Shown piece by piece: positions 1 through 20,500 of a DNA stretch of 64,000 nucleotides (positions are counted from its first letter, which is position 1; each line of letters begins with the position of its first letter). Below the pieces are notes generated by a model, which worked only from the letters and a program-made list of their open reading frames with translations, was not told where the DNA came from and made no database searches. This DNA is from the human T2T-CHM13v2.0 reference genome, Homo sapiens: NCBI RefSeq assembly GCF_009914755.1, contig NC_060926.1. One strand, 5' to 3'. Made by a program: the position numbers and the translations under genes.

Positions 1-8
1 AAACTAAC

Positions 9-1787
9 TGTAAACCAAAAATAAAATTCTAAGCCCCCCAATTGACTGAATGGACCCCCTCAGCCAAGGGGATTCCAAAGAAACCTGAAAAAAAAGTTCA
101 GACCATGACAAGGAGTAGGGTTAGACGTACCTCATTATACCCTCCTCCCTTTGCAGTTCAGGCACAGCTGACAAGCATTAACTTTGAAACAGAGATCTTA
201 AGACTAACAAAGCAGATTATTTGTAGCAATAAGATACACAATTCCAACCTGGCTCCAGCATAGGATCACATGACAGATAGCAGGTCCTGAAAAAATTCAA
301 AGTATTTTACCATAAAATATGCTTATTTGGCATATTTTGGAAAGTGGTCTCTTGTGGGGGAAATTTGCATTCTGTAGAGAATCTCCTTCCCTTGTTTTTT
401 TCTAGAGAGTCTGGTACCTTTTAAAGTTCTGAATAGGAAACATTTGCCTTCTGAGTAGGAAAACATTTGCCATCTATTGCCTCAAAGAGTGGTCACCTAT
501 GAGACTTCATCTACATAGTAAGAATCTTGATTTCCACAACCCCTTATCTTTACTCAGACACCACTTTCTATTGATTCCAGGTCTTTAGCTAATAGCTTAA
601 GAAGTGATATCTTTTATTAAATAGGGAATTCTTTCCCCATTGCTTGTTTTTGTCAGGTTTGTCAAAGATCAGAGGTTGTAGATGTGTGATGTTATTTCTG
701 AGGCCTCTGTTCTGTTCTATTGGTCTATATATCTCTTTTGGTACCAGTACTATGCTGTTTTGGTTACTGTAACCTTGTAGTATAATTTGAAGTTAGGTAG
801 CATCATGCCTCCAGCTTTGTTCTTTTTGCTTAGGATTGTCTTGACCATATGGGCTCTTTTTTGGTTCCATCTGAAATTTAAAGTAGTTTTTCCTATTCTG
901 TGAAGAAAGTCAATGGTAGCTTGATGGAAATAGCATTTTCATGATATTGAATCTTCCTATCATGAGCATGAAATGTTTTTCCATTTGCTTGTGTCCTCTA
1001 GTTCAACCATTGTGGAAGACAGTGTGGCAATTCCTCAAGGATCTAAAACTAGATATACCATTTGACCCAGCAATCCCATTACTGGGTATATACCCAAAGG
1101 ATTATAAATCATTAAACTATAAAGATATATGCACATGTATATTTATTGCAGCACTATTCACAATAGCAAAGACTTGGAACCAACCCAAATGCCCATCAAG
1201 GATAGACTGGATAAAGAAAATGTGGCACATATACACCATGGAATGCTATGCAGCCATAAAAAAGAATGAGTTCATGTCCTTTGCGGGGACATGGATGAAG
1301 CTGGAAACCATCATTCTTAGCAAACTAACACAGGAACAGAAATCCAAACACCGCATGTTCTCACTCATAAGTGGGAGTTGAACAATGAGAACATATTGGC
1401 CAGGGAGGGGAACATCACACACTGGGGTCTGTCAGGGAGTGGCGGCAAGGGGAGGGATAGCATCAGGAGAAATACCTAATGTAGATGACAGGTTGATGGG
1501 TGCAGCAAACCACCATGACACATGTATACCTATGTAACAAACCTGCACGTTCTGCACATGTATCACAGAACTTGAGTATAATAAAAATACATAAAAAAAT
1601 AAAAATTAAAAAAAAAGATTTGATATCTCATCTCTCCCTAAAACACATAAAACCAAGCTGTAACCCAACCACCTTGGGCACATGTTCTCAGGACCTCTGA
1701 AAGCTGTGTCATGGGCCATGGCCCTCATATTTAGCTGAGAATAAATCTCTTCAAATATTTTATAGAATTTCATAGTTTTCATCGACA
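9..1787 (+). mobile_element. ERV1 solo LTR, MER4 group, interrupted by an L1 (~613-1617)
   Basis: Starts TGTAAACCAAAAATAAAATTCTAAGCCCCCC and ends AATAAATCTCTTCAAATATTTT...TCGACA (TG...CA). 4-bp TSD TAAC at 5-8 and 1788-1791, the ERV1 size. Confidence 0.8.
613..1617 (+). mobile_element. 5'-truncated, 5'-inverted L1 (L1PA7/8-like)
   Basis: 613-~995 is minus-strand ORF2 sequence. ~996-1617 is plus-strand ORF2 C-terminus ([10 protein letters not shown]...MFSLISGS), 3'UTR and poly(A). Imperfect TSD aagaagtgatatct (599-612) / aagatttgatatct (1615-1628). Confidence 0.9.
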
Positions 1788-1915
1788 TAACCCAAAAGAA
1801 AAGAAGACTTGGAAGAAATATAAATAATAGAAAGAATAGAATGGAATACATGAACACATGTTATACATCAGAGAAACAAAGAATATACTGTATCTATAAT
1901 ATTAGAATGATACTA

Positions 1916-2950
<1,035 letters not shown>

Positions 2951-4388
2951 CTCTAGAAAGCAGGAGTCCAATGTAGGAGAAGGGAGAATTTATTCCCAGG
3001 ATGACGGTGAAGGAAGATCCCAACTTAACAACTGGGCAGCAGTTAGACAAGAAAAATAAGCAGTGCAGAATAAAGCTAGAGGACAGAAGCTGAAAGAACC
3101 TGCCAAGAAAAACAAGGACCTGGGGGATGATCAGTAAGGGATGTAAGGGGTTCTGGCCAAATTTGAGGATTAGATAGTGACAAGTACAAAGACAACAGAA
3201 AAAGGTAGGTAGTTGTGAACTCCAGGAAAAACAAAAAGTTGCATAAGAAAGGACATGATATCACAGGAAGACAGTGTTTTTCAGTTATGACTCATGTAAA
3301 TATTGCCAAAATATATCCAAGAATATATAAATGTAGAATGCCAATCTGACTCAATTATAACATTACACTTTAAGAGGCTGTGGTGCAGGGAGGCAGGAGG
3401 AGACTGGTGCTGAGAAAGCTGGGGGATGTTTTGGATATTTCGTGGAGGGTGGCCTTCAGATAATGCCAACAATTCTAAATCAACACATAGTAGCACATCT
3501 TTGTTATTGAGAAAAGATGAAATATCAGAAAAAAATAAACAACTGAAATTGATTTACCTTTTGAGAGTGGAAATGGGGATGAGGAAGTGAGAAACAAGGG
3601 ATTATTGTTTTCATCATAAGCCTCCTAGGACCAAGGACCACTAGATCCTTTAAACTATAGACACGTATTACTTTGATAAACATTTAAAATAACAACAGAA
3701 AGTCACAATGGAAATCACCATGCATATGCCAAAAATTGTTGAATCTTCAATTATATAAAGAACAAAGCACAAAATTAAAATCAACAAGAAGAAAATTATG
3801 TCCTAGAGAATTTCCTACCCAAGTCTAGCTTACTTTCTCCTCAGTGAATAGCTTTGTCATTGTTTTGCTAATTTAATGTAAATCCTGAGACATCATCATA
3901 CAAAGTTGAACATGTATGTCACATAGTGCTGTGTCTTAGGACCTGTCATAGTGTCTGGCATCTCATAGCTCCTCAAGGAATATTTGTGGACTTGAAGTAA
4001 AGTGACAGGAGCCTCCTTGTGTCCGAGATTCCTCAGATTTTTCTCAGAGATTCCTTTAAGAACCATCTCCATGAAAATCATTTCTGAACTTTCTATAAAA
4101 CTTCACAAAACATTAGTCATTAATTTGCTTAATGTTCCCTTCAGAAGGATCCACAAGATAAATTCCTCTCTGAATTTAACACCCCAAAAAAGTCAGCCTT
4201 CTGAAGAAATGGTGTCTAGCAATGAGAATTATATAACTTGTCCTTAGCTTTAGCTCCTAGGGCTGAAAGTTTTGTGTCTACTTCAGGTAGGTTAATAACT
4301 GGAAGGACCTTCAAGCTGATGAACACTCTTTGAGTTTTTGTTAATGCTTATTCAGGAGATGAAAAGTGATTTATTCTCTTCCTTTTCT

Positions 4389-6760
<2,372 letters not shown>

Positions 6761-7116
6761 TGCTGAGTAGAATAAACAAAAACTGATTTTTGACAAATAA
6801 AACATTTATATATCTTTATATTCTAAACTAGATATTTATTTCACACTAGACATAACATTACATTTTAACTCTTCAAAATTATTTTGCATCTGACAGTTTT
6901 CCCGTCACTCATAACTGAAGTGCATTAGTCACACTTATTAAGAGTAGAGATGATTTTACGTAGCTAAAGGGTCTTCTTCCTAATAGCCTCAGAAATGCTT
7001 TTCTTTTTACCTTTCATGTTGGCCACACACAAAAAAAATCCCAATTTTCTTATAGCTCTTGTTCTCATTTCTATTTTCTTTTATAATTTTTAAAATTATG
7101 TCTCGTCTTTTAAGAG

Positions 7117-8163
7117 TTAGGTGAGTGCAAAAGTAATTGTGGTTTTTTGAATTGTTGGAATTTGCCATTTGATATTGGAATACATCTTTTAAAAATGTGG
7201 TTATGTTATACATTGTTTTAATAGGCATTTCTTGCTTTATGTCTTTTTGCTAATGACTTATTACTTGCTGTTTATTTTTGTGTTTATTTTAGACTATGGA
7301 AATGCTGTTAGACAAAAAGCAAATTCTAGCGATTTTCTTATTCGAGTTCAAAATGGGTCATAAAGCAGTGGAGACAACTCACAACATCAACAACACATTT
7401 GGCCCAGGAACTGCTAAAGAACGAACAGTGCAGTGGTGCTTCAAGGAGTTATGCAAAGGAGACAAGAGCCTTGAAGATCAGGAGCATAGTGACTGGCCAT
7501 CAGAAGTTGACAATGACCAATTGAGAGAAATTATCGAAGCTGATCCTCTTACAACTACACCAGAAGTTGCCAAAGAATTCAACATCGACCTGTCTGTAGT
7601 CCTTCGGCATTTGAAGCAAATTGGAAAGTTTAAAAAGCTCAATAAGTGGATGCCTCGCGAGCTGAGCGAAAAAAAACAAACAAACATCGTTTTGAAGTGT
7701 CATCTTCTCTTATTCTATGCAACAACAACGAACCATTTCTTGATCAGATTGTGACATGCGACGAAAAGTAGATTTTATAGGACAACCAGTGATGACCAGC
7801 TCAGTGGTTAGACCAAGAAGAAGCTCCAAAGAACTTCCCAAAACCAAACTTGCACCAAAAAATGGTCATGGTCACTGGTGGTCTGCTGCTGATCTGATCC
7901 ACTATAGCTTTCTGAATTCTGGCAAAATCATGACATCTGAGAAGTATGCTCAGCAAATTGATGGATGCACCAAAAACTGCAACACTTACAGCTGGCATTG
8001 GTCAACAGAAATGGCCAATTCTTCACAACAATGCCCTACCGCACACCACACAACAAAGGCTTCAAAAGTTGAACGAATTGTGCTACGAAGTTTTGCTTCA
8101 TCTGCCATATTCACCTGATCTCTCACCAACCAACTACTACTTCTTCAAGCATCTCAACAACAG
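7117..8163 (+). mobile_element. Hsmar1 mariner DNA transposon fossil, 3'-truncated, frameshifted transposase
   Basis: Left TIR TTAGGTGAGTGCAAAAGTAATTGTGGTTTT. ORF MEMLLDKKQILAIFLFEFKMGHK...WMPREL (WVPHEL motif) and LHLPYSPDLSPTNYYFF (YSPDL motif). No right TIR seen. Confidence 0.93.
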
Positions 8164-8650
8164 GTCTCATCTTTTAAGAGGAATCTTAAATGTTTTAAGT
8201 TTAAAAAAATAACATAAATGACTCATTCCTATGAAACAGGATGACACCATTTGTTTTTTGGCTCCAGGATTTCCAGAGACTACATCAGCCCCCTTCCAAC
8301 AAATTTCTGTTTGTTGGAATCTAGTTAAAGGCAAGCCTGTTATTGTGCAAAGTTCTCAGCAGAGACAGATCTAGGCCAAAGAGAAACTATTTCTCCATGT
8401 TTTGTTTTGTTTTCTTCAGGAAGGTGACATCTGCTTCTGCAGGAATAGCATCTTATCTACACTCTTTTCTTCACCTGTGTGAAGAGTTGCATAGGGAAAC
8501 CTGAATTAATTAACTGTGCCATATTTCCAATTTATTCCAGGGATGTTTATGACTTCTTTATGAATTGGTACCTGCTTCTTGCTCTGGCTCTTTTTTCTAG
8601 AACAGAGCCTGGTATATATTAAATCCTTAGTAATTGTTGCTATATGGTTG

Positions 8651-8653
<3 letters not shown>

Positions 8654-8682
<29 letters not shown>
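8654..8682. repeat. Poly(T)29 tract
   Basis: Uninterrupted T run with no adjacent Alu or L1 body. Confidence 0.9.
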
Positions 8683-8684
<2 letters not shown>

Positions 8685-8910
8685 CATTCTGCTTTGCTCT
8701 CTTTTGCCTATACTCTTGAATTTTCTCACTTTCTTCCTCGCTCCCTCCTGTGATTGCTCCTTTGCACACTGTGTTTCCTGAGATAACTTACATGTAATTG
8801 TGGCCAGCAAAACTGGAGTCAAGGGACACCCATAGTTTACGAATGGTGGCAGAAAATGTGGTATTTAAACAAGGGTTGGGATAGAGTCACCTAACGGATT
8901 CATTAGTCAG

Positions 8911-9261
8911 TGTATTAGTCCATTTTCATACTGCTATGAAGAAATACTCAAGACTGGGTAATTTATAGAGAAAAAGAGATTTAATGGACTCATAGTTCCA
9001 CATGGCTGGGGAGGCCTCACAATCATGGCAGAAAGTGAAGGGGGAGCACAGGCATGTCTTACATGGCAGCAGGCAAGACAGCATGTGCAGGGGAACTGCC
9101 CTGTATAAAACCATCAGATCTCATGACACTTACTCACTATCACAAGAACCACGAGAACAGCATAGGAAAAACCCCCACGGGGTCCCTCGCATGACACATG
9201 GGGATTATGGGGGCTACAATTCAAGATGAGATTTGGGTGAGGACACAGCCAAACCATATCA
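8911..9261 (-). mobile_element. THE1 (MaLR) solo LTR
   Basis: Reverse strand begins TGATATGGTTTGGCTGTGTCC...CAAATCTCATCTTG. ~350 bp. 5-bp near-TSD GTCAG/GTTAG. Confidence 0.9.
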
Positions 9262-9799
9262 GTTAGGAAGCTGTCCCTTAAATGGAGGACAAAGTGATTT
9301 CCCAAGAACTGCTTCTTCTCATCAGAGGATCTTAAGCAACAGAGAGAGTTTAACTCCTGACTTCACCCACAATAGTAGGAGGCTGGGTCCTTGGCTCATC
9401 AACAATCCAGTCATGAGGAGGGAGCAAAGGACAGGCATGTGTGTGTCAGCCAGAAGATGGATATAACCAGAGGTTTTCCCCCTGACATCAAGAGATACAG
9501 AGAGGTGAAGGTCCAGACTGTGGTGGAATTATGTCCAGTGACACAGAATTTTGTGCTAGGCACTGAGAACAGAGAGCTAAATGGAATTGACACAGTCCTT
9601 GACATCACAGTGCTTACCATCTTGGCAAAAAATAAAGAAAGATATATAGACATTTATTTCTGATGTATGACTGAATGATCCGGGGACTCCCCATTCCCCT
9701 GCTGAAACAAACAAGCAAATCCTGAATAAAATATCATTGAAAATGCACTAATAGCCTGGGAAAAAAAATAATGTCCTCCAAGAATTCATGTCTTCCCAA

Positions 9800-10225
9800 T
9801 ACCTTGTGAAGGGAAGTAAGGTATATAACTAACAAACTAGCAGAGGTGGGAAATGAAATAGGAAAACTACTCAATAATAAATCCAAAGAAAGGGAGAAAG
9901 GAGGGGGAAACATAGAAAAGGGAGGATAATAGAAAGTACAAATAAATATGGTAGAAATAAATCCAAATATATTAATAACTACAATTTTTGAAGGGAATGT
10001 GATACTACAGGTTTAAAAATATCAAATTACATTTTTAGATCAGACTAGATTTTTTTTAAATCCACCTACCTCTACTTACAAGAGGCACACCAAATTATAT
10101 GTCAACAAAGATATTGAAAGTAAAAGGTTGAAAAAAATATACCAGGACAATGTTAAACAAAAATTAAACTATGGTATGTAATTAATAACAGATAAATCAA
10201 CCTTAGAAAAGTATTACTAGAGATA
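9800..10225 (+). mobile_element. Ancient L1M fragment (inter-ORF/ORF2 start region)
   Basis: A-rich degenerate L1 endonuclease-region motifs (AAATAAATCCAAATATATTAATAACTACAAT, ATATTGAAAGTAAAAGGTTGAAAAAAATAT). Confidence 0.5.
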
Positions 10226-10228
10226 AGA

Positions 10229-10900
<672 letters not shown>

Positions 10901-11015
10901 AGAGGTGTGCCATATAATGCTAAAAGTACAGTTCATCCAGTAGATGTACCCATTAACAAAGCTTAAAAATATAGACAACAAAAATTTGACAGAACTACAA
11001 ATAGAAACAAAAATA

Positions 11016-11315
<300 letters not shown>

Positions 11316-11544
11316 TTATAGTGGGAGATTTTAACATACTTCCCTCAATAATTAATTGACCAAACAGATGGTTAACGTTAGGTCTAGGGCATAGAAAATA
11401 CAAGCCTGAAATATTTTATTGTGCCAAGAAATACAGATGTTCTCACAGAATGATGGGAGTATGTCAAAAGAACACAGGAGCCAGTTTGAAGAAGCTTCCA
11501 CTGGTCAAGTCTGGGATAATTTGAACATCAAAATTTTAAAAATA

Positions 11545-11851
11545 GGCCAGGTGCAGTGGCTCACGCCTGTAATCCCAACACTTTGAGAGGCCAAGACAGG
11601 CAGATCACTTGAGCCCAGGATTTTGAGACCAGCCTGGGCAACACGGTGAAACCCTATCTCTACAAAATATACAAAAAATTAGCCAAGCATGGTGGCGCAC
11701 ACCTGCAGTCTCAGCTACTCAGGAGGCTGAGAGATGGGAGGATCACTTGGGAGGTCAAGGCTGCAGTGAGCTGTGATCGTGCCACTGCACTCCAGTCTGG
11801 GTGACAGAGTGAGACCCTGTCTCAAAAAAAAAAACAAAAACAAACAAAAAA
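11545..11851 (+). mobile_element. AluJ
   Basis: Full dimer with J diagnostics (GAGGATCACTT...GGTCAAGGCTGCAGTGAG). Confidence 0.93.
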
Positions 11852-12229
11852 TTGTTAGTGATAGTAATGGAGTATAAGTCTCTGAGAAAAATAGTAATCA
11901 ATTATCTGAATTAATTACTAAATGCTAACTAATTACTAATTGCTAATTAATTACTAATTTACTGAGCACTGACTATGTACCAGGAGAGTGCCTGGCACCT
12001 AGTAAGTGCTCAGTAAATTATAACTGCTTTTATTCTCATTTTGTTATTTGGATATATTATTACTTCTCCCAAATCTTTGGGGCATGCAAAGATTTTTAAG
12101 GTGCTAAGGTTTTTAATCAGTCTGTTATACTGTTTTATAAACTGTTACTAAGATAAAATTTTAAAAAAACAGTGTTGAGTAAAATTAATTGAATCAGTAA
12201 TGATTAATTACTAATTAATTAGTAAAAGT

Positions 12230-12990
12230 TAGGGAGAAGCTCTTCCTCACAGTAGAATGCCAACTATTAAAGCTAAAAGAAATTATGGGATTAGAAAAAT
12301 CACAGTTTAGCAACCAACACAGTCTTACTAATTCAAGCAAAAACTATCAGCAGATGAAAATTCTGGAGGGGCAAGTCTGATAAGGAATTAGAATATTTGT
12401 ATAGTCTCAAAGTGTCTCCCCACATGCTACTTACTCCTTATTAACAAATAAGTTCCTCACACTTAATCAGTTTATTGAACAGCAGAGAAGCCTGACCAAC
12501 ATCATCTTGACTGGGTGATAAAAGAACTTAGTATGCCTAGTAATGGCACACACTGCCAACATCCACATTCCTCCTGATAGAAAACACTGAGACAGACACA
12601 GTCTCAGTTCTGTGAGATTCCTGCCAAAAATGCACCACCTGAATTAAATTATGAGAAAACATCAGACAAGCACACGTTGGGAGATGTACAAAGTAACAGG
12701 CCTGGATGCTTCAAGAATGTCAAGATTAGAAAAAGACAAGGAATTGGATGGAGACTGAAGAGGCATACCTACCAGGTGCAAAGCTTGATCCTGACTTGCA
12801 TCCTGGCCTACGGAGGGCACTGTAGGGACAATTAGATGGGGTCTGGAGGATTTGATGGTGTAATGTATCAGTGTTAATTTCCTGATTTTCAGAGCTGAGC
12901 CCCACATGCAGAAAATTCCTTGCATGAAGAAAACTGAAGTGTTAAGGGGTAATGAGCCATCATGCCTGCAGCTTATTCTCAGTGCAGCCA
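12230..12990 (+). mobile_element. Ancient L1MC/MD-type 3' region
   Basis: Degenerate motifs GATTCCTGCCAAAAATGCACCACCTGAATTAAATTATGAGAAAACATCAGACAA and ATCAGTGTTAATTTCCTGATTTT. Confidence 0.55.
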
Positions 12991-13449
12991 CTACCAATTG
13001 ATTGGAGCTAACCCATCAGGAAAAACGCTCTCTGCCATTTTAGAACTATGTGACCTTGCAGTTTTCCTTCCTACCTGCATTTAATTATTATCATGACCAG
13101 ATTTCCCAGTATCAACAAACACATTCATAGGAGAGATGGGGATAAAATTTGACTTTCCAAATACCTAAGGCTGATTTTGAGATGTGCTGCTATAGAAATA
13201 AATGAGAAAAAGAAGTGAAAAACTTAGGAGGAATGGAAATAATCTCTGAGAATAAAACCACCCACGCCTCTCATTTTGCAAAATGCCCCTTGCCTGAAAC
13301 TGATGTGCTTTCTTCTGCCATAGACCTCAGTCACAATGGGTCTTCTTGCTTTAAAGGCAAATAACCTTCATATGGCGTGACTTCCCAAATACTGGTTATG
13401 CTCCTAAAATTCTCCATTACAAGTGAATTCCTAGCACTTCCTAGACAGC

Positions 13450-13665
13450 ATGCTGTCGTGGAAAGAGGAGACTAGGGTCAGTCTGTCTGAGCTCCATGCC
13501 CAGCTCACCCAATTCTCAGCTGTGAGACCAGGGACAAGTGACTTCCTATTGCCCAGGTCAGCCTCTCATCTAGAAAGCAGGGTAAATACAAATGGCCTCA
13601 GAAGATTTATGAGGCTGCAATGCAGCCCCACTGTGGGCTGAGTGGTAGAGTGCCTGGCACATATA
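13450..13665 (+). mobile_element. MIR SINE
   Basis: Core-like GCTGTGAGACCAGGGACAAGTGACTT and 3' AGAGTGCCTGGCACATA. Confidence 0.6.
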
Positions 13666-13944
13666 GCTGCTTTTATTCTCATTTTGTTATTTGGATACAT
13701 TATTACTTATCCCAAATCATTTGGAGCATGAAAAGATGTTTAGGATACTAAGGCTTTTATTCAGCCTGTTATACTGTTTTGTAAACAATTACTAAGATAA
13801 CAAATTTTAAAAACAGTGTTCTGAATAAAATAAATGTCAATGCAATTTTGTCATGTTGCTCACAGAACTGACCCTGTGTCTTCTAGGCTTTTCCCCTTCA
13901 TTTTATGAATTATGTGTTCCTTCGACATCAAATAAATGCCCAAC

Positions 13945-14474
13945 TGTTACCAGTTGAAGGTGTCCAGGTTCTTGGCATCAAAGAATTGGACAAAATGCAC
14001 AAAGTAAGGAAAGAATGAAGCAACAAAAGCAGAGATTTATTGAAAACCAAAGTACACTCTACAGTGCAAGACTGCGCTGCAGCAGAGGGGCCAAAGAGCC
14101 CAGATACAGAATTTTCTGGGGTTTCAATACCCTCTAGAAGTCTCCCACTGGTTACTTGGTGTACACCCTATGTAAAGTAGTGACCCACAATCAGTCTGAT
14201 TGGCTGTGGAAAGCAACCAATCAGAGACTGAAGTTACAAAGTTACACTCCTATGCAAATGTCTAATTGGTTGCATAAAGCAACCAATCAGATATACTTTC
14301 AATTTTCCATCTGCTACACAGATGGAAAGAGGGACGGGGTTTGCAAAGGGACTAGCCTCCCATCCTTTTGTTACTTAGGTGTGGAAAGTTGGTGTTTTCC
14401 TTTTGATTTAGTTTTAGGAAGTCAGCGTGAATTGGCCTTAGGTTCCCTGCCTCCAGACCCTATTCTCCGGCCGG
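13945..14474 (-). mobile_element. ERV1 solo LTR, MER51-like
   Basis: Reverse strand GGAGAATAGGGTCTGGAGGCAGGGAACCTAAGGCCAATTCACGCTGACTTCC. Several CCAAT boxes. 4-bp TSD CAAC (13941-44, 14475-78). Confidence 0.85.
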
Positions 14475-15617
14475 CAACCCTCACCTTGGGCAGACCTACA
14501 AGAGCCCTGACATTGTGCACCTGCTTATGTGTGCGTCGTCTCCCTGGAAGGGGCACAGGAAGCTGATGATGGTGGTTGCCCCTGGGAAATCAGCTGGGTG
14601 GATGGGCACAGTTGGGACAGAGATGTCCTCTTCACTTTATACCCTTTTGCAGTTCGGAATTTTGTGCCCTATGAATCTCAGACATATTAAAATAAATAAA
14701 TAAAATCAAAATGTAAAGATTTAAGATTTTAAAAAATTAAATCCTAGTCCTGAAACTCTCCAAACACCTTCTCCACCGACTGACTTGAGTCATATGTTTA
14801 AAGATCATACTTTCTTTATCCAAATGTGAGCAAACACATAATTCTTTAAATGTTGCATTACTGAGTTAGCAGGAAATTAAAGTAACATAGTGAAACCTAA
14901 GCACCAAATGTCAGTGTTCACTCAAAAAGAAACATGATCTATTCTCTTGAGAGTTGGTGAGAATGTGGAAGAATGTGAGGAATATCAGGCCAGTAGGGAG
15001 CTGAGGTGGGAGCCACAGCCAGGCAACAGGAGGCAGCCAGGCAGCCCCATGGTCGGGCTAGATAGGTCTTGGGATTTAAACGAGCTTGATATAAAAATCG
15101 AAAGTAAATCCACAAGTATTAGAATTTTACATTGGACTAACTTACAATTGGGAAGCCTTACAGTATAATAATAATAATGTATGTGGCTATAATCAAGATC
15201 TTTTCTAATTAGCTAGGAATTGTACCGGGCTTATAACAATTAGAGGTGCAAGACAGCACAGGAATTTATCATGTATGCACACGTGTGTGCGTATGTGTCT
15301 ATGAAGTCTGGAATTTGCAAATTAACCAGACAGAAAGGCCTCCAAAAAGCGCCAGTCACGTCTGACTACACAAGGGAAACCTAAGAAGGGAGAGAGCGGG
15401 TGAGGGAAAGTGAGTGGGAAAGACAGAGCTGCTCAGAGAGAAGGAATGTCTGTGGCTTTGAGGGGTGAGGGGACAATTCAGGGAGCCAGTCCCCCACAGA
15501 AAGCCCCGACTGACATGATCCTCTCTAATGCACACCGGAGATGAAACCCAACACTGACACTCAGGAGTGACCAACCAAGAAGACTGCAGCCTGAGGAGAG
15601 GAGAATCTAGGTGGAAA

Positions 15618-15766
15618 GCTGGATGCGGTGGTTTGTGCCTTTTGTTCCAGCGACTTGGGAGGCTGGGGAGGAAGGCTCGCTTGAGGCCAGGAGTTTGAGA
15701 ACAGCCTGGGCAACGTCGCAAGATCCTGTGTCCCTCCCTGAGAAAAAAAAAAGAAAGAAAACAAAA
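15618..15766 (+). mobile_element. Free Alu monomer (FLAM-like)
   Basis: Single ~130-bp arm with A-rich tail. Confidence 0.8.
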
Positions 15767-16032
15767 GAATTCAGGCTAAAATCACACACTCACTAGGGAG
15801 GCAATAACTTGTGGCCAAGACCCCAGACTCCCAGATATCCTTCCCGCACACAGGAGTTAAGAGGGAGCCCAGACAACCACCCCACCTGAGCGCCTGTCAT
15901 TCTAATCCAAGTCACCTTCAATCTCTTGCTGGAGTTCTTGTATAAGTCTTGTAATGTGTCTCCCTGCTTCTATCCTGGTGCCCGACAGAGCTCTCAACAC
16001 AGCATCTGGGGGATCCTTTAAAAATTAAATCT

Positions 16033-18850
<2,818 letters not shown>

Positions 18851-18862
18851 AAATTAAATCTT

Positions 18863-19690
<828 letters not shown>

Positions 19691-20500
19691 GTTTCCATAA
19701 CTTTTACTCCCTTAAAGCTTGCAACTAGGCAGGGCCTCATAATTGCATATCTGTTCAGCTGGCCTTTCCTAAAAGTGGTAATATACCTGTCCCATACATC
19801 AGATATTCACAAGAGGTCAGGAGAGGGGAATATGCCAACACAAGCAATAAGTTAGAAAAATAATTGCTATGGGGAACTCACTGTCCTCAATCTTTCAGCA
19901 ATAATGAGAAGGAATGTTTGTAGAGGGTTTTGCAGTTTAGAAAGAACTTGCAGTTCATTTTCTCACTTGAGCCTCTCTGCATCCCTGTGAATTATGCATT
20001 AGTATCGTTACACGTACTTTACGTGTGATAAAACTGACGCTAGGAGAGGCCTGAGGTCACTCAACCAGCAAAGGCTCAGGGAGAAGGAAAATGCTGGTCT
20101 CAGGACTGTTTGTACCAACACCACGCACCTGCCTTGCCAGGGCAATCAACACAGATGTAAGTGTCAGTGGGATTAACCATTTCAGAGAGCATTTGGTGCT
20201 GTTGTTTATTTCCTTCTGCTTGTCTTTTTACCCTTCACTGTAAGATAAATAGAGGAATCACAGAAAGATGAATCTACACTAAAGAAATGTGTGATTTCAT
20301 GAATTATTATAAAATGAGCCTTGTAAACTTTGCAGCCAACCCAGAAGACCCCCATGGTCCCCATACCATCCCCACACAGCCCCTCTTCTCCCATCAAAAG
20401 TAACCATCATCCCAGCTTCTTCGGTAAAAGTTCTCTTGCATTTCTTTAGTTTCACCATCAAGATGTGTATCTTTAGACACAACAATTGTAGTCTTACTCA

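Noticed and set aside
7296-8212. Transposase ORFs as a SETMAR-like domesticated gene
   Set aside because: Frameshifted, 3'-truncated, and no SET-domain exon seen; ordinary Hsmar1 fossil.
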